Source of the DNA: Bugula neritina
Lineage: Eukaryota > Animalia > Bryozoa
Direction: 5' to 3'
Assembly: GCA_964035545.1 (NCBI GenBank)
Contig: OZ037766.1
Span: forward strand, 5,136,722 to 5,200,721
DNA: 64,000 nt
Numbering within the stretch: position 1 is the first letter of the stretch; every line of letters starts with the position of its first letter. Shown here one piece after another: positions 1 to 13,000 of this stretch. The notes below the pieces were generated by a model. It was given only the letters and a program-made list of their open reading frames with translations. It was not told the DNA's origin and searched no databases. Both the position numbers and the translations under genes were made by a program.

Positions 1-2969
1 GAGCGCATATAGCCCAGTTCCTTAGGCAGACTGGTTAGTTGATTGTGGGTCAAATCCAGAGTTCGTATGCCTTCAATATACACAGAACCCACGTAATTAA
101 ATCAATAATCGTAATCAATAAATGATCAACAATTACAGTGTAAAGCAATATTTTCAAATAATTTTCAAGATTCAATATTTGAAATAATTGATTTCGACCT
201 ATATATGATCCCGAAACATAAAAACACTTGTAATATTTTCATGCGGGGAAAAAAGTGCACCGGTCAACAATTTATAACAATGATTAGAGGAAAATAAACC
301 TTCAGTAAAATGTATCAGTCTACAAGAGTAGCAATCTACAAACCTTTGAGAAACTGAATTTCAGATGGCAGAGCTGTCAAGTTATTATTTGATAAATTAA
401 TAGATTTGAGTTTAACCAGTTGTCCGATAGTAGTGGGTAACGTGAGGAGCTTGTTGTTGGAAACATCCTACAAACACAGTAGATATGAACATTCATAGTT
501 ACACTAGATTAGCTCAGTAGATAAAGTGTGAGAATATAAAGTCATACAAATATTGCACCCATTACAAGGTAGAAAGTGGCTGTAGTATCAATTTAGAAGT
601 AGCCGTGCCATGCTAGTATAAAGTAAGAGGATGATGGAAAATTTGAACTTGATTTTCCAGATTACAAAAAAATATATTTTAAAAACATCTTCAACCTTGT
701 TCTACGTATTTTATTTTTACTTAGCATTTATAAAATATGTATTATGAGGTTGATTCAGCAGGGTAAAGTGAAGATAGGCAATCACAGTTTGCTTCATTTA
801 TTTAAAAAGCTGCAAATTGTTGATAGAATAAAACAGTTAGTAAATCAACTCTCAACACCTGCTAATACATGGAGAACAATATGGAAAACACAACTATATA
901 ACACACATTTACAATCACATTGCTTATGGCTCTGGTCTCTTAAAACATTTTAGAAATCTTTTTTTTCTTCTGAAAATTTCTATTGCTTGGCAAAATAAAA
1001 TAAATTTCTAATAACTACCCGACATTTCCTATTTTCTATTCATCTAGCAGACTAAAGAAACTACAAAGTGAGGCTACATCCTGGCATTTCTCCCCTAAAC
1101 ATACTCAACTGTATAAAAAGAGAAATTACTTGCAACAATACTTACCAAATCATCGAGTTCCACCAAATTTCCCAGCTCATTAGGCAGTTCTGATAAATTG
1201 TTGTGCTCTATATGAAGATATACCAGTTGGGGACAGGAAAACAGAGCGGATGGCAAACTGGAGAGTTTATTATGACTACAATAGTATAAATATGAGTATA
1301 AACATTAACTGATTCATGAGATATGGGGTGGGGGTGGGGGTGTAGGGGGGTGTAGAAATGGTTTATCTAGCAGTATAGTGGGGCAATAATGACTTTCACT
1401 GTTGATCCTTGCCTAGTAATTATTTCAAAATATTTACTTTAAAATAGTAGAAGATAGAATTTTAAATGATAACTCAACAATACAATGATAGAACTGCTCT
1501 TCAAACATTTTAAAAACTTCCACATGACATATAAATAGACTCTGATATAAATTAATTAAAACTCAACTTTTTATATTGAATTTAATAAAAAAAAATTAAA
1601 AAATGTTCAATAAAACTCTTAGAATAACTAATCAATCACACAATATGCACCTTAGAAGTGCAACAAACGATATAAAACTCAAACTCACCTTACATTCAGT
1701 TTCTGTAGTTGGTGAAGCTCGCCAAGAGTTTCTGGCAGACCTTGCAGCTCATTATCATGAATCTGAACAAATCATAAACCAAGTGTTATGCTTAATACAC
1801 ATTACAAAATCAATTCAGTTTTTATATTTCTAATCATGCCTAGAAATTCTAAAGAATCTGCAAAAATACTTTACTGAATGAAATCACATTATTCTAAAAA
1901 AGGTGATTATTTTATTTTATTAACATATTAATATACTTAATAACTTTGTTAGAGATATTGGATTGCTGTTCAGTTTATGGTGTTTATGATGAGCTCTAAC
2001 AATAGTGAAAGCTGTTGTTTAAATTACATAAAACAGGTCATTAGAAAAGCAATGAAATACAAGGGGACACACAAGAAAAAATACAAGGGGATACACAAGG
2101 GGACACACAAGGGGATACACAAGGGGATATACGAGGGGATATACAAGGAGATATACAAGGGGATATAAAAGGAGATACACAAGCAGATATACAAGGAGAT
2201 ATACAAGGGGATATACAAGGGGATACACAAGGGGATATACAAGAGGATACACAAGGAGATACACAAGGGGATATACAAGGGGATATAAAAGGAGATACAC
2301 AAGCAGATATACAAGGAGATATAAAAGGAGATACACAAGGGGATACACAAGGGGATATACGAGGGGATATACAAGGGGACACACAAGGGGATATACAAGG
2401 GGATACACAAGGGGATACACAAGGAGATACACAAGGGGATATACAAGGGGATACACAAGGGGATATACAAGGGGATATACAAGGAGATACACGTACATCT
2501 AGACTTTGGAGGGCTGATAGCAGCTTGACATCCTCGGAGAGTTCCTGAATTTTATTAGAAGCTAAAATGAGTTTAGTGAGTTCAACTTGATCCCACCAGC
2601 GCTCATCGCTGTCAAAGTCAGCATCACCTCGACTTTCTGCGGCAGCATCTAAATTTATTCTCCATACTTTTTGAGGAACTAAAAAATTAAACCCAATATT
2701 AGATATGATAACATTATTCAGATCATCTAGCTGTCTAAACTACTGAAGACTATCAATAAAAATGAACAGATTGCTGAAAAATAGAGTCTATAAACCAGAA
2801 GCGCTACACAAAGTATATTACCGTCACTTAATCCTCTGCTAGAAAGATTGAGTTGTCCACTTTTCCGACCATTTTTTAGTAACTGGTCACTCACACCAGA
2901 AGTGCTTTGTTGCGATGCATTTCCACCAAAAGGTTTTCCACGAAATCTTCCACGCCTCGCACTAGACAT
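1..2969 (-). CDS. LRRC40: Leucine-rich repeat-containing protein 40, 5' part (exons ~2969-2822, 2678-2497, 1762-1689, 1275-1146, 467-344, 70-<1); continues beyond the left edge
   Basis: Spliced translation MSSARRGRF...LLKNGRKSGQLNLSSRGLSD|VPQKVWRINLD...FDSDERWWDQVELTKLILASNKIQELSEDVKLL... matches the characteristic LRRC40 N-terminus (RKSGQLNLS; WRIN; RWW-Q-DLTKLILASN) followed by regular LRRs; GT-AG junctions keep frame. Confidence 0.9.
2058..2492. repeat. 12-bp minisatellite (GGGGATATACAA / GGAGATACACAA variants) at the 5' end of LRRC40 intron 2
   Basis: Directly visible tandem array; produces the spurious repetitive ORFs at 1977-2498. Confidence 0.95.
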
Positions 2970-5040
2970 GATTTTAGTTGTGTCTCCTTGGACACTCTAA
3001 AAACTATATAAGCACTCCCTTACGATATTAACATGAAAGGATTTATTGCTTAGCATAAACAAATCTCCTCAACTTTTTAAATACATATACTAAAGCTCTA
3101 CTTTCTAAACAGTTAAATTACTATTATTTTAAATAGCCCATTTGTATCTAGCAACTGGTAAAACGGAATAGATTAAACTGTGGAACTATTATAATGTAAC
3201 AGCAATGTAATCAAACTTAAAATTCATCAGAAAATATTGCAGACACTTGTTATTACTTAATGAAAATCTTAACTGCATTGATTAGCAACAAGCTTTGAAA
3301 TACAACTTCAGAAAAAAATCAGTAAATACCTCAGAAGCTAATATAACACCAATCTAAATTACTTCAACAAAAATAAGAAAACTTTGGCACATACTTTGTA
3401 AACAATAGCAAGTAGCTCAAAGCTATATATGTCACAATGAGTAACATGTAGTTACAACAGTTACACAAGTAGCGATGATAATAAAAACATGCATGGATGA
3501 ATGTGTTCATAGAACTAAAAAACAATTGGAGATGCTGTAGAGTTCAAGAACTAAACTTCAGTAATGCAGAAGAGCTAGATAAACTATAAGCCTAAGCGTG
3601 AAAGTAGAAGTAAATGCACACATCATACTGAGACTCTGACACACAGTGGCCGAAGGATTCTGGGTCATAATGGCAATCAGTATTACAATCACAATTCACA
3701 CGTGACTGTCACTTATTTATACCATAACTATTAATTTTAGGTATGAGTTATTACCAATACTATTAAATAATTAGTATTACTAATAGTAATTATTAATTCG
3801 TATTAGTATGAGTATTTCATACTAGCAGCATATTCATATTGATATTCACTCCCTAGTCCTATCACTATCAGTATGAGTATAAATATTACTATCAGTGTAT
3901 CACTGAGGCCATCGGTTTGAATAATTATTAATTTGATATTGGATGCTTTAATTTAAACGATTTAAATTATCATTATGTGCAAGATTAAGGTTGCGTATTC
4001 ATATTGAATTTGTCATTGGTAATTGAGTTTGTAATTATATTACTATTAGTATCAGCTTTGCCGGAAATTTGAAATTCATTCAAATACTAATAGTGACAGT
4101 AAATGCTGAAAGTTGAACTTAATAATAATCATACTCATAACCAGTGATAATGTAAAACTAAAACTAAAAGTAAAAGTAAATGCTTCAGTTGGAATTTCAG
4201 AAACATTCAAAGTGACTTATTGCATTTAACTTCATTGTTTAATCACATAATGATAAGATTAATAACATTAATAATCATTCAGAATCAGCTTCACATTGAT
4301 GATTGAGTTTGACAATGACATACTGATACTCATAGTCATACTCATAGTGATAGGCACTTGATGACAGTGGCTTGCGAGCTACAAATTAAAAAAACACGCT
4401 CACGCTGTAAGACTAAGTGTAAAGTTTCAGTATCTACTAATAGTAATACTATTACTATTAGTATTACTAATGAAAAGTAATATTAATATTCATACTGATA
4501 CTCATACTGATATTCATACTGAGTAGAGTATGATCCTCATAATGGCAAAACACACATAATAAATATAATAATTATAATCATAATGATATATGATTATGAT
4601 AAAACCAATGGACTGGAAAATATGTATAGTGTATATGTTGGGATATGTTGTTTGAGTATAGAAAAATTACCCAACTTAAACTTGCCCCCTAGTCGAAAAA
4701 TTGTAATTAGAGAGTAGATTAATTACTCCATCAGAGGGTTAAACTTTAAAGGCCAAAGGGCAATATCATAATAATATTATTGAGGTTGAAGAATTGTTAA
4801 AACAAAGTGCTCAAGTTGAATCGTGATTATGCTCTTAACAAAACTTGGTAAAAGCAAAGAGAATATTATAACCAATGAACTCTGTAATACTAATATTATA
4901 ACCAATAATGATTATAATCGCTGAACTGGAAAAGACCAATAATATTGTTGAGTTCATTTGCTAGAACCAATGAATTCAAAGTCGCAGTCAGAACTGAGGC
5001 TTCAGTGGCTAACTGTCACTTTCTGCTTCGAGTAGTTCTA

Positions 5041-5181
5041 TAAGCAGCTCCGAGTTGGTAGTGAATGAGTGCAATAGTTTAAAGTTCTTTAATTTATAGT
5101 TGGGGGTTATTAAAGCCCCCAACTACAAACTCAAAAACTTTAAATTATTGCACTAATTCGCTACCAACTTGCAGCGGCTTA
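5041..5181. mobile_element. Small foldback/hairpin element (MITE-like), ~65-bp imperfect arms with a ~9-nt loop
   Basis: TAAGCAGCTCCGAGTTGGTAGTGAATGAGTGCAATAGTTTAAAG...AGTTGGGGG pairs with CCCCCAACT...CTTTAAATTATTGCACTAATTCGCTACCAACTTGCAGCGGCTTA; TA at both ends. Confidence 0.7.
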
Positions 5182-7028
5182 AAAATCATTTTGCTATTTC
5201 AGTGCATTAATTTAAACTTCCCCTAAAGGCTCAAGTCATTCAACAAATTCTTAGAGTCTTAGACTCTAAGTTAGAGCAAGTTAGTTTACCCAAGTTTAAT
5301 TTCAAGTTGAGAATGAATGTTTTAAATTTATATCATTTTGTTACTATTACTATTAGTATTAGTATTACTAGTTATTAAACTTAATTATAATAATAATTAT
5401 TATGATTATTGCCATCAGCTATGCCTTAGCCTATCATTATCAATATGAATATCATTATCATACTATCACAGTATCAGTATCATAGGCATACCGCATACCA
5501 ATAATAATACTAATAGTAATGGTAATAGTGATACTAATAGTAATAGCAATACTGACATTTTACTGAGTATTACTATTACTATAAGTATTAATATTATCAT
5601 AACTAGTCGATTTCAAGAGCCTGCATTATGATTATGATCATAATCATTGTGGAATTGTTTGTAACTTTAAGTGATTCAACTATAAAATTCATTTATAAAT
5701 TCTAATTGTCACTTCTCACCTCAACCTCTGACTTTAAAATTGAAGGATAAACAAACCACTAACTATGAAAACTAAAAGGATTGTAAATATTCTAGTTTTC
5801 TAGCATTTTACTGTAAGCTTCTATAACTATAATAAAATATTTCTTTAAATTAAATTTGACTGCATTTGGATACCACAGATTATTGAAGTTGTCGCCCTAA
5901 CTAATAGGTTAAGTTTTTAAATCAGGGTAGAATACTTACATTTAGGTACTATCAAAGCTTTAAACTTTGTGGCAGCAGTGAGACAACCTAATCCCAGGAG
6001 AAAATTGTTGTTCCCCAAGAGCAAACCTCAGCTAACCTAAGGCTTCAATAGAGATAAACAAACGGCAGGCACTGGAGGCTTTAATGGCATGGTGAGGAAA
6101 GAAAACTCCCACAAGTTACTCATAGCCTCAGGGTTTCACCCTACAATAGCATTCAACATGTATATTAAAAGCCAACCAATGAGAAGCAACTTCTGAGCTG
6201 TTACTGGAGATCAGGCCTAGGACTATGAGAAGACAGCTTATATAATAGGAATATTGGGAATTAAATATGGGATAACTCTGGGAGAAGCACCAGCCCACCC
6301 TATTGCTCAGTGGAAGGACTGCCACACTACGTTGTAGATGCAAGTGGAGTGTCTTGTCAATGTGACATGCTACCAGCCTAAAGCAGATCAGCATGACTGT
6401 GGAAACCTATGCTTCTAATCCTTCATTTGCACCTTGCAGCACCACTTACCTGCAGTAGATGCACCCACACCAAAACTTTAGCACTGGTTACGAATCAATA
6501 CCTGCATATTTTTTATTCTACTATTCATTTATTATAAATAAGGTTACCCTTTTATGTTTGATTAGCTAGAGCTAAAACTATCAATTTATTTGTTTATTTG
6601 AACTGTGAAATATATTTAAATAACCCCTACAAGTTTCATTACATGTATGTATTGTTGATGTTGATATATGTATTGGTTCTATCAGACTTGTATATAAAAT
6701 CGAAATGACTACAGTTGATTAAGTTGTTGCTTGACTTGACTTTTAATTTTTATTTGCCTAGACCATAGTTTAACTTGACTTGGTTAGGCATTGACTTGAA
6801 ATTCTGTGACATCCACTCAACTGTTGTGACATGCTGACTTGTAGATATACAATGTGAACATAGCCACCCAAACCTGTTGAAATCAACATTAAAAGAGTCA
6901 AATTTAAGTTTTTGTTGCTGTAAATAAGTAATAACTAAAATGCTACTAACAATGAATCCTAATCAAGTTCAATATAACACATCAATATCTACAAGTTCAA
7001 GTTTTCGTTGCAGGAACAGAAGTGCAAA

Positions 7029-10000
7029 ATGGCTACTCAACCTTCAAAAAATCCGATAAGTCGTCTTATGGAATTGTCGCAGCTCAATCGGATTAAAGTA
7101 GAGTACAAAATTATTTATTCATGTGGTCTCAGCCATCAGCCTATGTGAGTGTAAAAACTAGTGATATGTTAAGTTGTTATTCATGAGAACAATGGGCAAA
7201 AAGATAGCCAGATAAGATAGAGAAGTTTTGACAATGCAATTTTACAAAAGGTGTTACAAATGGTATCTTGTAATTCAAATGTACTCAGAACTTTCAACTT
7301 TAAATTGCCACTTTTAAACATTTCGACACCTGATTCACTCTAAATAAGATCAGCTATAAGTTTTACGGCTCTTTTCTTACCTGCGATCAACCATTACAAC
7401 AAAAATCTTGGAAAATTGGGTTAGATGCAGAAACCTACAAAAGCCTGTATTCTATATAGGAAATTTATGGAAAATAATAAATAACACAATTCATAGAGAT
7501 AAATAATCAATTTAGCTTAGTGAAATATTTGTTATTTCACCTAAATTAGAAAAAAATCTCTTGCTTCAATACTCACTAGAAGTAAGAGTGATTTGTGATC
7601 TTATAAGGCTTGACCTATTAACATGGAAGCTACTATATCTAGCGACCTATAAGATTATTTCTCTTTTGACTTTTTGGTTAAGATTTAAGAGTTAAGATTT
7701 TTTCTGTTTTTGTTGTACATTAGAAGTAGCTAGAAGCACTACCAAGCACATTGTGAAATGATTAAATAATATTTAGGCATTTCTTGACTAGTTTCATACC
7801 AATAACTAACCGGGAGTCATAAATGTTTCTACAACTGCAATATCTGCTGTCAGCTTCTAATAGTCTAGCCTATCAGCTGTCTGTACCTTAAGATGCAGAA
7901 TGTTAGCAGTTGTAGGATATAAGTTACAAGGTAGGGAAACTCTACAATATATTTGAGCTGAGCAGTTGCAGAGTTATAAAGAAGCTATTATAAAGCCACA
8001 GATTTAGTAACATGTATATATTTTTTATGAAAGTGGAACTAGAGTTGTGCAGAAGTCTCCATATAATCAGCTGGAGATGACTACATAGATACTCTCTTGT
8101 TAGAGCCAGCCTCTTTATACAACATATAAAAATATTTCACTAAAAATATAAGTCAATTCCACAAATAATTAGCAATTTTCGCTAGTTAGATTTCAATATT
8201 ATAACTTTAAAAAAATAGTAATCTCAATTTCATAAGTTTTCTAATATCTATTTTTTCTTTTACAGTTTTCTATGTCAGTGGAGTTATGGTGGCCGGGTAT
8301 TTCCAGCAGTGTTTGCTGGTTCTAAGCAAGAAGGCAAAAATGTTTCTGCTTTAGTAACTTTAGAATGTCTGGGTCATGCGCAGAATCAAAATCGTGAACT
8401 TGCAACATTTGAAGTTGAAGGTTTGCCTCCCACTACAGTTGTGAAACGCACTGCAGAAAATAAAGGTTTGGGTGAATATTTAAGGTCTAACGTAGCCAGT
8501 CATAGCAATGCTGAGTTACCAAATCAATCTGACAAATTAGCCCCGCCCATCAACTTAACCAACCTTGATCCTCGAGTTTCCAACACCACAACTCAGACTG
8601 GTGTTTCACTCCTATATAGACAGATTTTATTGAAAACTGGCGCTGCAAAAACTGTAGGTTTTCCGAGTCCTGCACCACGTAGAATGCCTTTACCTGGTAA
8701 TGGAGCTTTAGCACGACCTCCTCGCGCAATGAAGGCGTTTGATGAAAAAACTAATGAATTTCTTGCTCAACGATTTAGAAATACAACACCATTCCAAAGT
8801 GACTTTCCAGCACAAAATCCTGCACCCCCAAGTGCTTTTTGTGGAAATAATCAACAACTGGTTTCTGAAAAGTCAGAGCAAAATTTACCTGCAGCAGCAC
8901 ATCAAAATTTACCTGCAGCAGCACATCAAAATTTACCTGCAGCAGCATATCAAAATTTACCTGCAGCAGCACATCAAAAAGCATTCATAACAACTTCACA
9001 GAGTCTCCCTGTTACAGTGCAGCACCACACTTCCTCTGTGGAACCTCAAAATGTGTCCGAATCAGCACAACGATGTACTCTTACAACATCTTTACCGACT
9101 ACAGCATCACGAAATATGATACACACAGAAAAACCCCCAACTCCGCAGAAAAGGGTATCAGCACCACAAATAACTCCCACTCCCCATGAGAACTTAGTTG
9201 AGCGTTTCACCCATCCTACAAATATGGACACTCAAAATGGTGGCTCTTGCCTAACTCCCAGCTTGGACTCTTTGGATATCTCTAAAACTTTAGCAATGCC
9301 CTTGAAGTCTCTCAATGAGCAGCCAGTTCCTATGGATCTGGATTGTTCTGGTAATAACTTAAAGCCTTCTGGAAAGAATGCTATTAGTAGATTGTATGAA
9401 CTCGGCCAAAGAGTGGGACACCAGCCCAAATTTGAAGAAATTGACAAGACACTCCCCTCTTGTAAAGCGAGGTAAATGTGCATCCTCTCGTTTTTGCTTT
9501 TAACTACAAAATTAAGTTGCCATTATAAATGTTTTCATGTGTTATCGTTTCTGTAAATTGCAGGCTCAATTAATGGGCATAGAATAGTTGCCTAATGGTA
9601 ACACATTTTATTAGTATTGTACAATTGTATATCTGCCTAGGTTTGAGATGATCTGCTCATTTGGTGAGGAGACGACATCTGCAACAGCCTTTAGCAAACA
9701 GGAAGCTAAACTACAGGCTTGCGAGCAGCTGCTCGTTAAACTGGAACGTCTAAACCTTGATGGTGACATACAGATGTGAGTGTTGTTGTCTTGTAATACC
9801 TGATTAGCATTGACTGCTTCCCTATACAGGTTTCACTCTCTACACAACACAACTCATGGTAGTCCAATGTTTTCTATAGTTGTTACATGTTTCTAACAAG
9901 TAGCAACCACAGGAATTAGCTTTTGAAAAAATGTTCAATTTGGTCATCTTTACATTTCATAAAATGTTATTTTGGTAATTAAGCTGAGTTGGGTTTTGTT

Positions 10001-13000
10001 GAATTAATATTATTTGATAAATTTGCTACTATAGTGTATCATATGCCCTTCTCAGTTTAGTGGAGTGCATCTTATTAAGGGAAGATGCAGTAATGGAGAA
10101 AAGCTTGTGTTTAAAATATAGTGCAGGAAGTTATGCTCTCTTTTCAAAATATATTGAGAAAATTGAAGGATTTAGATTATTGCAATTTCTCAGTTATTAC
10201 ACCTAAATATTTAAATGATCATATTATTGTCTGAGCTAACTTTCATTGTCAACCTTTCTTAACACTATACTGTACTCTATACTATACACTTACTATACAC
10301 TTACTATACTCTTACTATACACTTACTATACACTTACTATACACTTACTATACACTTACTATACACTTACTATGCACTTACTATGCACTTACTATGCACT
10401 TACTATACACTTACTATGCACTTACTATACACTCACTATGCACTCACTATACACTCACTATGCACTTACTATACACTTACTATACACTTACTATACACTT
10501 ACTATACACTTACTATGCACTTACTATACACTTACTATACACTTACTATACACTTACTATGCACTTACTATACACTTATTATACTATATAACGAAGCCCG
10601 AATATACCAATGTAGCTATAACCGTTCTTTGCAAGGTTATTTCGGTGTCCATTTGAATTAGCTGGAAATGAACCTTTCGAATTGATTACAACTGAATGAT
10701 GTATGAGCATCCTTTGTTTAGTTGGCTAATGATTGCCTTATCAGGGGAATTCCCATTCTGTGTTTTTGTTACTTGGAAATTCGTTGATAAGTTTCCTAGT
10801 ACAGCTTCTTATCACTGTAGATAGGAAAAGTAGGTTTATATAAATGACTAGGTCTAGTTATCCGCTACATAGCACCAAGTCTTTCAATGTGTGATAACAT
10901 GCTCAATTATGGCGCAAAAAAGAAAGCTGCCTCCAGATTTTGAGTCAGCTTCAGAACCATCAACATCAAGGCAAGCTCTGGGGTAAGCAATTGCAGTAAG
11001 AGAGTTGAAATATTCACTCACATTTGCAGTTGGTTACAAGTTTTAGCCACTTCACAGATAAAAAGAGGGTTTAGATATTTTGTTCTGGTAGAGTTGTGAC
11101 AGTCAAAGGATTTCACTGCTTTTGTCACTGACAGTTTATTTTTTGTAAGCATAAGTTGAAAATATTCAGTTTAAACTTTTAGTTTAAGTCTAGAACATAG
11201 TTCCAAATCATGTTTATACTGTTTCTAATGTAAAATGGAGTTCCAAACTTGGGCAGTTTATTTTCCAACCTTTACTACCCGAAATGCAGCTGGTTATTTT
11301 ATAGTCCCTTATTGGGTCAGATTTCTTTGAACTCAATACTTTCTAATCCCCTGTTAAGTTTACCCCAATTCTTATTATAGAGAAAATATAATTTAGCTTT
11401 TATTTTGCACTTAATATAATGTCAACTTTGTTTGGCATTATAAGTTCTATCAACTTAGGCTTAAGTTTTCTACAGGTAGCATAATAAAACCGTTGTTAGA
11501 AGACCAAGTTATTCATTCTGAAATCATATAATCATTTTTATGGTGAAATCTTGTAACAGTGTTAGATTGGTCATTTTGTATTGAAGTTGGAGTTTCAACA
11601 AAAGTTTTATTGTGATCCTTTTAGTAAATTTCACTGTAAACTTTTTAGCTTGATTGTAAAACTTTTTAACCCATTATTATATAAATTTTTGCAATTATAT
11701 ATTCGTGTAAAGCTTTGCTATGTTTTAGTACCTTTATGAAAATTATGTTTATGTTGAACTGTAATTTCTTGTTGATTTCTCATAACGACAGCCTAGCTGT
11801 AGATATATGTACTGTAACATGTTCCAACAAGCTAAAGTAAATCTGAAATAAAACGAATTCATTTGTAGTATATAGTTGTTCTCTTACGTTACAGGAGAGA
11901 TTCATCTGCAACACAAAACGCCATAAGTGCTCTGTATGAATTGGGAACCAAGCTTGCAATCACACCAGAGTTCACTTGCAACCCTGTAGGGTTTCTCACC
12001 TCAAAGTATGTTATCTTACTATAGGGTAGCTGTGGCTATATCTGTTACTATTCATCTTATGGTACCAGAGGTCTTTCTGGAGGGGCAGGAAAGCTATTCC
12101 TTTACTCAACAAAAAAATGAAAATTAAGCTACGCTGTGCAACTATTAATAGCTTTGATCTGCCTTAATTATTCTGTGATGTTCTTGAATTGATCATCCAA
12201 CAAATTGATAGCCTCATTGCTGTGAGAAACATGATGGGGCTTTGTAGTTTTTAGTTGATAATAAGTAGTAGTGTTCCCCTACAAATTGTTGATGAAAAAC
12301 AAGAAACTATAATAACAATTTTATGAGGGAAATACTTTATTTGTTACAAATATTGCCACATGATGTATTCTGTTTTTCTTGTTATCATACAGGTTTGAAG
12401 GATATTGTAAATTTGGCGATCAAAAGTTTGGGCCTGCTTATGGTAAAAACATAAAGGAAGCTAAGCTAGCTGTCTTCACCCTGGCATTTGAGGCTGTAAG
12501 CACTGACCCTTCTATAACATTGAAGCTCAACCAGCAACAATATGAGATTAATGGTGATTTTGACAGCATCTCAGTCCCATCTGATGCTCCAGTCTCTTTA
12601 TCTCATGAAGGTTGTTAGCAGCTCTTTATCTTCTCATTTATCAATAAATGACGAGTAGAAAACCTAACTCTGGTTGGTGAAGCTGGTCTGACTCGCCAGC
12701 CATTTGCTTGCTGGCTATTACTGCTCATCCAATATGACTTAAAATTTCAGTATACAGTATATAGTGTTTCGTAACATTTGTATGCTTATACTTTAGCATG
12801 AGAGCATTAATAGGAAGTTTCTTGGGCTAAAATCTTTTAACTAAACTGAATTTATAGTATATCTACAAGTTGCTCTCAGCTCTGAAGTTTGCCTGATTTG
12901 TTGTTGCAGAAGTTCAGAATGTCTTGTCTCAGAAGAATCCCATCAGCTCCTTCATGGAGTACGGCCAGGCCAGACGCATGGTACCAGAGATTGTAGAGGT

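Noticed and set aside
1977-2498. Several overlapping ORFs (LVYP/YIPL/ISPC repeats)
   Set aside because: By-products of the 12-bp minisatellite
5940-6500. Possible upstream ADAR exon encoding a Z-alpha domain (includes ORF 6128-6394)
   Set aside because: No winged-helix N...LY...W motif or long open frame visible; more likely a decayed repeat, which I could not assign
10246-10661. [11 protein letters not shown] ORFs
   Set aside because: By-products of the 11-bp minisatellite
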